From positions 90,697 to 154,696 of the forward strand of contig CAZPYM010000002.1 in NCBI GenBank assembly GCA_964590105.1: a stretch of DNA of 64,000 nucleotides, written 5' to 3'. The notes under the pieces are model-generated. The model saw nothing but the letters and a program-made list of their open reading frames with translations. It made no database searches and was not told the DNA's origin. The stretch's first letter is position 1, and each line of letters starts with the position of its first letter. The position numbers were made by a program, and so were the translations under genes. Shown in pieces: positions 1 through 8,712 of the stretch. This DNA is from an uncultured Gammaproteobacteria bacterium. GTDB taxonomy: Bacteria; Patescibacteriota; Patescibacteriia; UBA11705; JABHMO01.

Positions 1-218
1 GGCCGAGAAATCATCTGCACGGTAGTAAGAGTCAAACCAAAGTCCGCCAAAATTCCAAAAAACTGCAAAAAGGCCGTAACCGTAATATAGTAACCAAAAC
101 CTTCTTTGCCCAAATAGCGCGTCATCATGGCCACTGCCACTAAACTCAAAATTAAACTGATAAATTTACCGGTCAAATGAATAATCGTGTTATGAGCGAT
201 TTTTTTATTCAAAGTCAT
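1..218 (-). CDS. Wzx/MurJ-type (MOP superfamily) polysaccharide flippase, N-terminal part; gene runs off the window start
   Basis: Hand translation of the minus strand from ATG at 218-216: MTLNKKIAHNTIIHLTGKFISLILSLVAVAMMTRYLGKEGFGYYITVTAFLQFFGILADFGLTLTTVQMISR. The hydrophobic helices and RYLGxEGFG motif are typical of flippase N-termini. Absent from the ORF track because it is truncated. Confidence 0.6.
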   Translation of the reverse strand, partial: MTLNKKIAHNTIIHLTGKFISLILSLVAVAMMTRYLGKEGFGYYITVTAFLQFFGILADFGLTLTTVQMISR

Positions 219-460
219 ATTTCATTAATCATTAAACATGGGACATTATTCATAGAGAGTAGGGCTACCCTTCTTTTCTAATCTTGTGTAGGAGGGATTC
301 CCGAATCCCGCCGCCCTTTTCCACGTTCTCCATTCCATGTTCCGTGTTATGTATTATGTTTCCCGTATTCCTCATTCACTACAATTCTATCACCAAATTA
401 TTGTTACAGCAAAGATATTTTTTGTTTTTCCGCTAAAATTAAGCGCAAACAATTTAACCC

Positions 461-488
461 TTGACAAATAATAGATATCTGCTAAACT
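461..488 (+). promoter_or_regulatory. Sigma70-type promoter of the NfeD/flotillin operon
   Basis: TTGACA (461-466), 16-nt spacer, TAAACT (483-488), about 50 nt upstream of the GGAGG-preceded ATG at 542. Confidence 0.5.
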
Positions 489-541
489 ATTCCATTCTGC
501 AATTACGCAGAATTGGGCTCATTGAAAACAAAGGAGGCACT

Positions 542-1174
542 ATGGAAACATGGTGGGTCGCGCTCAGCGGTTCTGAACAGTTTTTCTGGGTAATTGCCAT
601 CATTTCCACAATCTTTTTGCTCTGCCAGTTTGTCATGCTCCTCGTCGGTCTGGATGACCAGCACGATGGGAGCACTGACACTGACGCAGATTTTGACGGA
701 CACGTTGATGGCCACGATCATGACTCTGATTCTGATCATGACCATGACGCCGGCCATCACGGCCTGGCACTCAAGAGTTTCTTTTCCATTCGCAGTTTGG
801 TGGCTTTTTTTCTCGGATTTTCATGGGGGGGACTTGGTTGTTTGGAATCAGGACTGTCACTTTCAGCGGCAGTCGCTATCAGTATCGTTATCGGAATTGT
901 GATGGCCAGTGTGGTTTTGCTGATTTTCCGGGCCCTTGTAGGCCTCCGGAGCAACGGCACGCTATCTGTCAAAAATGCGATCGGCCAGAAGGGCGTTGTG
1001 CTCATCCTGGTCCCGGCTAATAAAAACGGTTACGGAAAAGTGCATGTCACGGTCCAGGGGCGACTCTGCGACCTGACGGCGGTGACGGACGGCGACATCA
1101 GTCTGCCGAGAGGAACCTCCATCACTGTGAAAGACGTGAAAGGCGATTCTCTCGTAGTTGTCAAGGATCAGTAA
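542..1174 (+). CDS. NfeD/YqiJ-like membrane protein with a His/Asp-rich tract and a C-terminal OB-like NfeD domain
   Basis: ATG at 542 is preceded by AAAGGAGG, so the track start at 461 (TTG) is less likely. It has TM helices, the DDQHDGSTDTDADFDGHVDGHDHDSDSDHDHDAGHHG tract and a C-terminal GKVHVTVQGRLCDLTAVTDGD...VKDVKGDSLVV beta-rich domain. It lies directly upstream of a flotillin gene, like E. coli yqiJ-yqiK. Confidence 0.7.
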   Translation: METWWVALSGSEQFFWVIAIISTIFLLCQFVMLLVGLDDQHDGSTDTDADFDGHVDGHDHDSDSDHDHDAGHHGLALKSFFSIRSLVAFFLGFSWGGLGCLESGLSLSAAVAISIVIGIVMASVVLLIFRALVGLRSNGTLSVKNAIGQKGVVLILVPANKNGYGKVHVTVQGRLCDLTAVTDGDISLPRGTSITVKDVKGDSLVVVKDQ

Positions 1175-1206
1175 CCACCACACAACAACCCAAGAAGGAG
1201 GCTATC

Positions 1207-2907
1207 ATGGTGGCAGGAATCTCAATGTGGGTGATCCTGAGCGCGATTTTCGGGCTCATGGTCTTCATTCTTCTCATCTCGGCGGCGGCGCGCTACAAGC
1301 GCTGTCCGTCCAACAAAATCCTGGTCAAGTACGGCAAGGTCGGCAAGGACAAGTCCGCCGAGTGCATCCATGGCGGCGCCACCTTTGTGTGGCCGCTACT
1401 CCAGTCGTACGAGTATCTTGACCTCATCCCCATGACCATCGAGGTCAGCCTGAAGAGCGCGCTGTCCAAGCAGAACATCAGGATCAACGTGCCTTCCAGA
1501 TTCACCATCGGCGTATCCACCGAACCGCATGTCATGCAGTCGGCTGCAGAGCGCTTGCTCGGCCTGAGCCTCAAGGAAATCGAAACCCGGGCAGAGGACA
1601 TCATCCTCGGCCAGCTTCGCGCCACGATCGCCACGATGAAGATCGAGGAGATCAACAGCGACCGAGAGGGCTTCGAGAAGAAAGTCCAGGACAACGTCGA
1701 ATCCGAGCTGAACAAGATCGGCCTCAAGCTGATCAACGTGAACATCACGGACATCACTGACGAGTCCGGGTACATCGAGGCGCTCGGCAAGCAGGCCGCG
1801 GCCGAAGCCATCAACAACGCCAAAGTGCAGGTCGCCGAGCAGGACAAGGCTGGCGCCAGTGGAGAGGCAGAGGCTCGCAAGGACCAGACCATCAACGTCA
1901 CCGGCGCGGACCGGGAAGGCGCGGTGGTCAGAGCCCAAAACGAAGCCAAGATCTCCGAGGCGGACAAGGAACGCGACGTCAAGCGCGCCCAGTACACCGC
2001 GGAAACCCAGGCCGAAGAAGCCCGCCGCGACCAGGCCAAGCCGAAGGCAGACGCCGTGGCTCGGCAGGCGGTCGTGGTCGAGGAAGTCAAGGTCGAGGAA
2101 CGTCGCCAGCAGGCGCTGGTGGCGGTGAAGGAACGGGAGATCGAAGTAGCCGAGAAATCCCAGCAGGCTACGGTCGTCGTACCGGCGCTGAAGCTGGCAG
2201 ACGCGGCCGAAGCCAAGGCGGACGGCGATCGCCGAGCGGCGGTGAAGACCGCCGAAGGCCAGAAGCAATCGCAGATCCTCGCCGCGGAAGCTGAGAAGCA
2301 GAAGCGGGAACTCGAGGGTCAGGGCGAAGCGGCCCAGATCAAGGCGGTCGGGCTGGCCGAAGCGGCCAGAGTGCAGGCAATCGGCGAAGCCGAGGGCGCG
2401 GCCATCAAAGCCAAGCTCCTGGCCGAGGCCGAAGGTGTACTCAAGAAGGCAGAGGCCTATGCCAAGCTTGACAAAGCCGGAGCACTGCAGATGGTCCTGG
2501 AGAAGTTGCCCGAAATCATCGGCGCACTCGCGCCGGTCATGGCGGCAATCGCCAAGCCCATGGAGGCCATCGACAAGGTGGTAGTCATCGAACAGGGCAA
2601 CGGCGGCGGCGGCTCCGGACAGACCGGGGTATCCCGTTTCACCGGCAATGTGCCGGGAATCCTCTTCTCCTTCCTCCAGAAGGCAGGGGAAATGGGCATC
2701 GACGTCGGTCCCATGCTGAAGAAGGTCGGCATCGATGTCGAGGATCTGTTCAAGGCCGAGGCTCACAAGCCGACCGCCGAGGAACACGTCGACCAGCCGG
2801 CAGTTGAGGCGGCGCCCCCGGCCGCGGAAGCGACCAAGGGGACTCCGCCGGCCATTCCGGCAGATGCCAAACAGGGTGACAAGCACCCGCCCAAGGACGG
2901 CAAGTAA
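1207..2907 (+). CDS. Flotillin-family SPFH/Band-7 protein (YqiK-like)
   Basis: 566 aa with RBS AAGGAGG. It has an N-terminal TM segment, an SPFH domain (LDLIPMTIEV...RINVPSRFTIGV...LGQLRATIATMKIEEIN) and a long Ala/Glu/Lys-rich coiled-coil flotillin region. A 60-nt sample gives about 63% GC. Confidence 0.85.
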   Translation: MVAGISMWVILSAIFGLMVFILLISAAARYKRCPSNKILVKYGKVGKDKSAECIHGGATFVWPLLQSYEYLDLIPMTIEVSLKSALSKQNIRINVPSRFTIGVSTEPHVMQSAAERLLGLSLKEIETRAEDIILGQLRATIATMKIEEINSDREGFEKKVQDNVESELNKIGLKLINVNITDITDESGYIEALGKQAAAEAINNAKVQVAEQDKAGASGEAEARKDQTINVTGADREGAVVRAQNEAKISEADKERDVKRAQYTAETQAEEARRDQAKPKADAVARQAVVVEEVKVEERRQQALVAVKEREIEVAEKSQQATVVVPALKLADAAEAKADGDRRAAVKTAEGQKQSQILAAEAEKQKRELEGQGEAAQIKAVGLAEAARVQAIGEAEGAAIKAKLLAEAEGVLKKAEAYAKLDKAGALQMVLEKLPEIIGALAPVMAAIAKPMEAIDKVVVIEQGNGGGGSGQTGVSRFTGNVPGILFSFLQKAGEMGIDVGPMLKKVGIDVEDLFKAEAHKPTAEEHVDQPAVEAAPPAAEATKGTPPAIPADAKQGDKHPPKDGK

Positions 2908-2925
2908 GCGTCCATTGTAATCGAT

Positions 2926-2963
2926 CTCCCGTTACCACCAAGTTGGTATCGGGAGTTTTTTTT
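2926..2963 (+). terminator. Rho-independent terminator of the flotillin operon
   Basis: 12-bp stem ctcccgttacca/tggtatcgggag (1 mismatch), loop CCAAGT, then T8. Confidence 0.75.
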
Positions 2964-2972
2964 GACCGCTTA

Positions 2973-3001
2973 TTGACAATTACTAAATTTACCGTCATAC
3001 T
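2973..3001 (+). promoter_or_regulatory. Sigma70-type promoter of the small membrane-protein cassette
   Basis: TTGACA (2973-2978), 17-nt spacer, CATACT (2996-3001). Confidence 0.45.
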
Positions 3002-3040
3002 TGGACGAAACAACTGTCCTTTTAAATGGAGGTCTCAATC

Positions 3041-3292
3041 ATGCAATTCGTCTGGTGGAACATCGCGATTGCTTGGGCAATCATTTTTGCAATTTTCTTT
3101 GTAATCCTCAAAATCAAAGCATCCAAGAATCCTACCATCTCCGCTCTTACTTCGTCCGTAATGTCGATTGCAGCTTGCCTTGTTTTTCTCTGTACTCTCC
3201 ATTGGATATGCACTCATATCCTTGTAATTTCGATTGTTGCGTTCTCTGTTGCGGTTCTGACAGTAATATTCCTGCGGTTAAAAAACCAATAA
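3041..3292 (+). CDS. Small hydrophobic protein, about 3 TM helices, 83 aa, unknown function
   Basis: MQFVWWNIAIAWAIIFAIFFVILKIK... GGAGG lies 8 nt upstream of ATG 3041. The track start at 3026 overlaps that RBS. The gene has its own promoter and terminator. Confidence 0.6.
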   Translation: MQFVWWNIAIAWAIIFAIFFVILKIKASKNPTISALTSSVMSIAACLVFLCTLHWICTHILVISIVAFSVAVLTVIFLRLKNQ

Positions 3293-3297
3293 ACGTC

Positions 3298-3331
3298 AAA
3301 ACCAGCCCCTTACCGAGCTGGTTTTTTTATT
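3298..3331 (+). terminator. Rho-independent terminator
   Basis: aaaaccagc...gctggtttttttatt: stem ccagc/gctgg followed by a T-run. Confidence 0.6.
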
Positions 3332-3484
3332 CTTGAACTCTAATCTTTTATTTTTATTCTTCTCCCTACACTCCGCGCCCCACGTTATGCGTTATATATG
3401 GAAATTGAGATGTAACCACGCTCCTCGCAAAAAAAAGGGGTGGTAGACCTGTAAATTTTAGATTTTTAGTTTCAAATTTCCTTT

Positions 3485-3539
3485 TGCGCCAGAGGCGCAT
3501 CCACCTTTGGCGGAGGATTTTGTCCCGCCATGGCGGGAT
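3485..3539. repeat. Tandem GC-rich mini-hairpin repeats (TGCGCC-N3-GGCGCA / TCCGCC-N3-GGCGGA family)
   Basis: tgcgccagaggcgca, tccacctttggcgga and cccgccatggcggg in a row. Related copies are at 11269-11298, 20143-20185 and 9127-9145. Confidence 0.6.
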
Positions 3540-3551
3540 GGGCTTTGGGCT

Positions 3552-3815
3552 TTATTTCACTGGATCATTCCCACCTTTTGAAAACGGGTTACATCGCAAA
3601 ACACGCCAAATCGCCTTAGAGCCGCCCTTGAATACGCCATACTTTTCAACAGCTTCATAACCATACTGCGAACAAGTCGGATGAAACCGGCAATAACCAC
3701 CCGGAAACATATGTTTCAGCGGACCATGGTCAAAAGACAAAGTGTTCTGATATATTCTAATCATTTTAAGCAAAACAATCCGAGGATAATATTTAAATAT
3801 TGAGATCTTCGTCAT
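3552..3815 (-). CDS. yidD: Membrane protein insertion efficiency factor YidD
   Basis: The IRIYQNTLS...[45 protein letters not shown] motif is typical of YidD. Start chosen at the internal Met (MTKISIF) so it does not overlap rnpA. Downstream of rnpA. Confidence 0.9.
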   Translation of the reverse strand: MTKISIFKYYPRIVLLKMIRIYQNTLSFDHGPLKHMFPGGYCRFHPTCSQYGYEAVEKYGVFKGGSKAIWRVLRCNPFSKGGNDPVK

Positions 3816-3849
3816 AAAATAAAAAGTGGGGGGGGAAAGGTGACACCAA

Positions 3850-4206
3850 TTATAACAGGCCAACTTGTTTAAGTAAATAAATCAGTTCTTTTTCGATGAC
3901 TAAATATTCTTTGTCTTTAATTGCCGACTTAACAATAATCAAACAATCATTTTTGATTTTTAATTTATCTAATTTAAGTCTGATTATTTCGCGCAACTGC
4001 CTTTTGATTTTATTCCTACCGGTAGCTCGCTTGTCAATTTTATTACTAATAATAAACCCAAACCGCGGATTATCAATTCCATTATTAAAACACTTGACAA
4101 TCAAAAGCTGCCCGGCCGTATTTCTACCTTTCTTTTGCTTGAATTCCCGACCAAAAAAAGCATCAAATTCTTTTTGTTTGGTAATTCTATTTTTTTTGTC
4201 CAACAT
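3850..4206 (-). CDS. rnpA: RNase P protein component
   Basis: 118-aa basic protein ([26 protein letters not shown]) in the conserved rpmH-rnpA-yidD order. Confidence 0.9.
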   Translation of the reverse strand: MLDKKNRITKQKEFDAFFGREFKQKKGRNTAGQLLIVKCFNNGIDNPRFGFIISNKIDKRATGRNKIKRQLREIIRLKLDKLKIKNDCLIIVKSAIKDKEYLVIEKELIYLLKQVGLL

Positions 4207-4311
4207 ATATTATATAGGTAATGCAACGAACGCTTCCCGTTTCCTATGTTAAAACAAAAAGCTTCACCTTTTCAAGTGTAGCTTTTTTGCATGAAAAAAT
4301 CCAGGTTAGTT

Positions 4312-4458
4312 TTATCGATCTGAAGAAGTTAGACTCTTCCTGGCGCGCTGTCTTCGCCTTTTCAATATTTTCCTTCCGTCTTTAGATTTCATCCTGCTCC
4401 TAAAACCGTGCTTTTTTAGCTTTTTTCTGGTATTTGGCTGGAATGTTCTTTTGGGCAT
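4312..4458 (-). CDS. rpmH: 50S ribosomal protein L34
   Basis: Hand translation: [48 protein letters not shown]. This is the classic L34 sequence. At 48 aa it is below the ORF-track cut-off. Confidence 0.9.
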   Translation of the reverse strand: MPKRTFQPNTRKKLKKHGFRSRMKSKDGRKILKRRRQRARKSLTSSDR

Positions 4459-4772
4459 ATACTAGGTTAGATGATTAAAAGAAAAAACTAAGAAATTAAT
4501 AAATTAAGAAAACAAGAAAAAAGGACCTTCTAATAAACTTAGCTTTGAAAAGTATAGCTCAAAATTAAATGTCTGTCAATGATTTTTTCTCTTGCAATTT
4601 TTTAGATAGTAATATAAAATTTTTACAAGAACTAACTTATCAACAGATTACTAACAGTTTAGACGCCTTTGGGGACATTTCAACAGCTTGTCCACATCTG
4701 CTTGCAGTGCTAAAATACAATCGTTAACAAGAATCTCGCTTCAGCAGGCTAACAAAAATAAAAATCCTTACT

Positions 4773-6152
4773 ATGGAAGATCAAAATCTACAACTTTGGC
4801 AAGCAGTGCTGGGCGAACTCGAGCTAACGCTGAGTAAGGCAAGCTTTACCACTTGGCTGAAAAATACTTTTATTATTGAAAATGAAGACGGCCGGATTGT
4901 TATCGGCGTGCCGAATACTTTTTCCCAAGCCTGGCTAAAACAAAAATATCATCAGAAAATTTACAACCTAATACAATCAAAAACCAAAGACCGAATTAAA
5001 GAAATCCACTATAAAGTCCAAAGCGTAAAAAATTATCAGGAAGAAATTAAAACACTGAAAAAACAAATTGTTGAAACAGCTCAAAATCAAGTAATACCCA
5101 CCAACCCTTCTTCCCCGACAAAAGTTCTGGGGCTCAATCCCAAGTATATATTTAACAATTTTATTGTTGGTAAAGGCAATGAACTGGCGCACGCCGCTTC
5201 CATTGCCGTGTCAGAACGACCGGGATTAACTTATAATCCTCTTTTTATTTACGGCGGCGTTGGTCTCGGAAAAACTCACTTATTGCATGCCGTTGGCAAT
5301 ACTATTTCTGCAAAAGATCCGAGTAAAAAAATTCTTTACGTTACTTGTGAGCAATTTACAAATGATTTCATAAGCGCCATCTCTTCCGGCCGAGCGGAAA
5401 AATTTAATATTGCCTACCGCACAGTGGATGTCCTCCTGATCGACGATATTCAATTTCTAACCGGCAAAGAAGGAACACAGGAAGCGTTTTTTCATACTTT
5501 TAATGACCTTCACCAGCGGGACAAACAAATTGTTTTGACTTCCGACCGACCGCCAAAAGCGATCGCCACGCTGGAAGACCGGCTTCTCTCAAGGTTTGAA
5601 TGGGGGATGATCGCTGATATTTCTCAGCCTGATCTTGAGACCAGAATTGCCATTTTAGAAGCAAAATGCCAGGAAAAAGAATTTGAATTGGAACGGGACA
5701 TCATTCAATATATTACCCTGAATATTCAAAACAACATTCGGGAGCTCGAAGGCGCTCTAAATAAAATAATAGCTTATCATCAACTGAACAAAATCACTCC
5801 CACCCTTGAAAACGTTAAAAAGATACTTTTTTCCATTTCCACTTCCAGCAAAAAAACCGGCGCTGTGTCCGCTCGTCAGCTGATTGAACTGGTTTGCGAT
5901 TTTTATGATTTGACAATTGACGATATGCTCGGCAAGAGCCGGGAAAAAAGACTGGCTTTCCCTCGCCAAATCATTATGTTTCTTCTTCGGGAAGAACTTC
6001 AATGCTCTTATCCAATGATTGGCAATGAACTCGGCGGCCGTGACCACACCACGGCTATGCACGCCCACGAAAAAATTTCCAGAGTCATGGAGTCGGATGA
6101 AAAAACCAGGCAGGAAATAAATTTAATCAAGCAAAGAGTTTACGCGCACTGA
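4773..6152 (+). CDS. dnaA: Chromosomal replication initiator DnaA
   Basis: 459 aa. Walker A GGVGLGKTHLL, the box VII/sensor region and C-terminal DNA-binding helices (GGRDHTTAMHAHEKI) are present. Confidence 0.97.
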   Translation: MEDQNLQLWQAVLGELELTLSKASFTTWLKNTFIIENEDGRIVIGVPNTFSQAWLKQKYHQKIYNLIQSKTKDRIKEIHYKVQSVKNYQEEIKTLKKQIVETAQNQVIPTNPSSPTKVLGLNPKYIFNNFIVGKGNELAHAASIAVSERPGLTYNPLFIYGGVGLGKTHLLHAVGNTISAKDPSKKILYVTCEQFTNDFISAISSGRAEKFNIAYRTVDVLLIDDIQFLTGKEGTQEAFFHTFNDLHQRDKQIVLTSDRPPKAIATLEDRLLSRFEWGMIADISQPDLETRIAILEAKCQEKEFELERDIIQYITLNIQNNIRELEGALNKIIAYHQLNKITPTLENVKKILFSISTSSKKTGAVSARQLIELVCDFYDLTIDDMLGKSREKRLAFPRQIIMFLLREELQCSYPMIGNELGGRDHTTAMHAHEKISRVMESDEKTRQEINLIKQRVYAH

Positions 6153-6457
6153 TATCCTGTGGAAAACTCCCCGGTTTCAAGGGATAAAATAAGTGGATAA
6201 AAACAAGTCCAATCTGTTCATAAATATCTACCTCGCGGTTTTCCTTCAATAGTCTGTTTTTGTCCCCTGCTCTGATACAGGCATATCAACAATTCATCCA
6301 TAGACCTGTTTGCATAAAATTAAATTAAACAAAGGCTTATCCACCGCTATCCACAGCATTATTATTATTATTATTTTTATATATATATAATTTCTTATAA
6401 TAAGAAGAAGAGCAAATCAATTAAATAGAAAAAAATAAGTCATAAAAAAACTGGGAT
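6153..6457. promoter_or_regulatory. Candidate oriC (DnaA boxes plus an AT-rich unwinding element) between dnaA and dnaN
   Basis: DnaA-box-like 9-mers: TGTGGAAAA 6158-6166, AGTGGATAA 6192-6200, TTATCCACC 6337-6345, CTATCCACA 6347-6355. These are followed by an (ATT)n/(TA)n tract at about 6358-6410. Two more near-consensus boxes lie upstream of dnaA (TTATCAACA 4637-4645, TTGTCCACA 4688-4696). Confidence 0.7.
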
Positions 6458-7585
6458 ATGAAATTAACTTGCTTGCAAGAAAATTTAAACTTCGGACTGC
6501 AGTCAACAGGACATTTGGTAAATAAAAATATTAATTTACCGATTCTTAGTAATGTACTTCTAGAAGCCAAGGAAGGAACCTTAAAACTCTCAAGCACGAA
6601 TCTTGAAATCGGCATCAGCTGTGTGGTTCGTTGCAAAGTTGAAACAGAAGGGTCTTTTACTGTTGACGCCAGGCTTTTGTCTGAATATATAAATTTATTG
6701 CCCAATGAACAAGTAAATATAAATTTAGCTAGTGATGATTTTTTGAAAGTAGCCTGTCGAAATTCAGAAACCAAAATAAAGGGCATCGTGGCGGATGACT
6801 TCCCTGTCATTCCAAAAATCGACAAGCAAAATCCGTATCGTGTAAAAATAGATGAATTTAAAAAAGCAATTTCGCAAGTAATTTTTACGGTCGCCTCATC
6901 AGAAAACAGACCGGAGATTAGTGGAGTATTGCTTAGTTTTAATAAGTTTAAGAAAAATGAATTATTTTTAGCTGGCACGGACAGCTACCGTTTGGCGGAA
7001 AAAAGTGTCGCCCTGGTTGAAGGTCAACAAGAGCAAGACGTGATAGTTCCACTAAAAACAATGCAGGAAGTTTTGCGAATATTGAATAATTTGAAAGATC
7101 AGGCCAATAATGTTGAACAGCTGGACATTTATATTTCAGAAAATCAAATTCTATTTAATTGCGATTCGATTGAATTAATTTCCCGACTGCTTGAAGGGCA
7201 GTATCCTGATTATAAACAAATAATTCCGCAAGAAACAAAAACCAAGATCATAACTTCGGTTGCCGAGCTAAGCAAAGCCATAAAAAAAGTGGCGTTATTT
7301 TCCAAAGCCGGAATTTTTGATATTAATTTAGTATTTGAAGCTCAAAAAGGACTGACAGTCAGCGCAGTGAATACTCAAGTCGGAGAAAGTAAAACTGATC
7401 TTGATGTAGAATTTACCGGCGAAACAAATGATACAACTTTGAACTTTCGATATTTATTGGACGGCTTGAATAATCTAGACTCAAGCGAAGTTGAAATTAG
7501 CCTAGTGGACAATAATCTCCCCTGTATTATGAAAGCAAAAGGAAAAGATGATTATTTGTATATTGTAATGCCGATTAAACAATGA
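6458..7585 (+). CDS. dnaN: DNA polymerase III beta sliding clamp
   Basis: 375 aa, directly after dnaA. N-terminus MKLTCLQENLNFGL...; the LAGTDSYRLAE and LLEGQYPDYKQIIP motifs are present. Confidence 0.95.
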   Translation: MKLTCLQENLNFGLQSTGHLVNKNINLPILSNVLLEAKEGTLKLSSTNLEIGISCVVRCKVETEGSFTVDARLLSEYINLLPNEQVNINLASDDFLKVACRNSETKIKGIVADDFPVIPKIDKQNPYRVKIDEFKKAISQVIFTVASSENRPEISGVLLSFNKFKKNELFLAGTDSYRLAEKSVALVEGQQEQDVIVPLKTMQEVLRILNNLKDQANNVEQLDIYISENQILFNCDSIELISRLLEGQYPDYKQIIPQETKTKIITSVAELSKAIKKVALFSKAGIFDINLVFEAQKGLTVSAVNTQVGESKTDLDVEFTGETNDTTLNFRYLLDGLNNLDSSEVEISLVDNNLPCIMKAKGKDDYLYIVMPIKQ

Positions 7586-7800
7586 CGCGGATTTAACTAA
7601 TTGCATGAGAATAATGTGGTAAGCGTTGACCAAGCATGTACACATATAATAATTAGAAAATAAAAAATACGCTTCTGATTTGGGGCGTGTTTTTGTCTAG
7701 CGCGGGGCGCTATCATGCCTTAGAGCATGATAGTGAAAACTAGGTAATATAGTTGACATTGCGATTATTTTTGATATATTATATCAAAGTTGATAATTAT

Positions 7801-7876
7801 GCGGGAGTAGCTTAGTTGGTAGAGCGCAACCTTGCCAAGGTTGAGGTCGCGGGTTCGAGTCCCGTCTCCCGCTCCA
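7801..7876 (+). tRNA. tRNA-Gly (GCC), CCA encoded
   Basis: Cloverleaf read by hand: acceptor GCGGGAG/CUCCCGC, anticodon arm CAACC-UUGCCAA-GGUUG, T-arm GCGGGUUCGAGUCCCGU. A TTGACA-N17-TATATT promoter lies about 40 nt upstream. Confidence 0.9.
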
Positions 7877-7923
7877 GAAGTAGGGATAATTCATGAATTG
7901 TCCCTACTTCTGGAAATACGCTA

Positions 7924-8011
7924 GCCCCGGTGGCGGAATTGGTAGACGCGCAGGACTTAAAATCCTGTGGTTGTATAAACCGTGCCGGTTCGATTCCGGC
8001 CCGGGGCACCA
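7924..8011 (+). tRNA. tRNA-Leu (UAA), long variable arm, CCA encoded
   Basis: Acceptor GCCCCGG/CCGGGGC, anticodon arm CAGGA-CUUAAAA-UCCUG, long variable arm, T-arm CCGGUUCGAUUCCGG. Confidence 0.9.
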
Positions 8012-8136
8012 CGGAGGAAAAGTCAAAGAGTTTTGGTTCGCCTTGCTTCGCTCGGCGACCAATTGGTATTCAATTTTGGGGGTAAAAACGAATTTACGAT
8101 TTCGCATTTTGGAGGAAGAAAAAAATTTTAATCCTT

Positions 8137-8712
8137 ATGGAACAAAAAGAAATATTAAATTTTGCCAAAAATTCAGAAACCGTTATTTCTGGTAGTTTTC
8201 GAAAGCACATGGAACAAATTGGCAAAGCATTGGACGGTTTTGGAAAAGCTAATGTAAAAGTTCTTGCGCCAACTACAAGAGAAGCCATTAACCAAGATGA
8301 AGATTTTATTATTCTTGCCACTGATGACCCTAGTAAACCGCCACACAAATTGGAAATGGATTTTATGCGAGAAATACGTAAGGCGGATTTTCTGTATGTA
8401 GCTGATGTTGATGGGTATGTCGGACAAAGTGTTGCGACCGAGATGGCATATGCTCGGCTCAAAAATTTACCTGTTGTCGTTGCTGAAGTAATAAAAACTT
8501 TTTCTAGTGAAATTTCCGAGGAAGCACAAGAACTTTTGAAAAAAACTGTTGCTGGGACTCTCGGAATCTCAGACATATCAAAAGAGAAAATAGTGGAACT
8601 CAAACAAAGTTTTTCAAGTTTAGACATGCCGAATTTAACAGAGGAAGAAACTAGAATTTTGCAAACGCTCATTAAGAAATTACTTAAAGATTTAAAATCT
8701 CTACAAAAATGA
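8137..8712 (+). CDS. Nucleoside 2-deoxyribosyltransferase / Rcl(DNPH1)-like fold protein (putative dNMP N-glycosidase-like)
   Basis: ISGSFRKH...DFMREIRKADFLYVADVDGYVGQSVATEMAYARLKNLPVV fits the GS-R...D...E-x-x-YA pattern of the NDT/Rcl superfamily. The assignment rests on motifs only. Confidence 0.45.
   Translation: MEQKEILNFAKNSETVISGSFRKHMEQIGKALDGFGKANVKVLAPTTREAINQDEDFIILATDDPSKPPHKLEMDFMREIRKADFLYVADVDGYVGQSVATEMAYARLKNLPVVVAEVIKTFSSEISEEAQELLKKTVAGTLGISDISKEKIVELKQSFSSLDMPNLTEEETRILQTLIKKLLKDLKSLQK

Noticed and set aside
1293-2886. Long antisense ORFs (307 aa and 496 aa, minus strand) covering the flotillin gene
   Set aside because: They are a by-product of high GC and few stop codons. 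The translations are low-complexity (S/A/R/L-rich) with no start context. The plus-strand ORF has clear SPFH/flotillin similarity and an RBS.
6421-6978. 185-aa minus-strand ORF antisense to the dnaN 5' end
   Set aside because: It overlaps the unambiguous dnaN gene and has a non-protein-like composition.
7812-8195. ORFs of 66-100 aa overlapping tRNA-Gly and tRNA-Leu; likewise 15370-15585 over the Ala/Lys/Arg tRNAs
   Set aside because: The sequence folds into canonical tRNAs. The ORFs are read-through artefacts.
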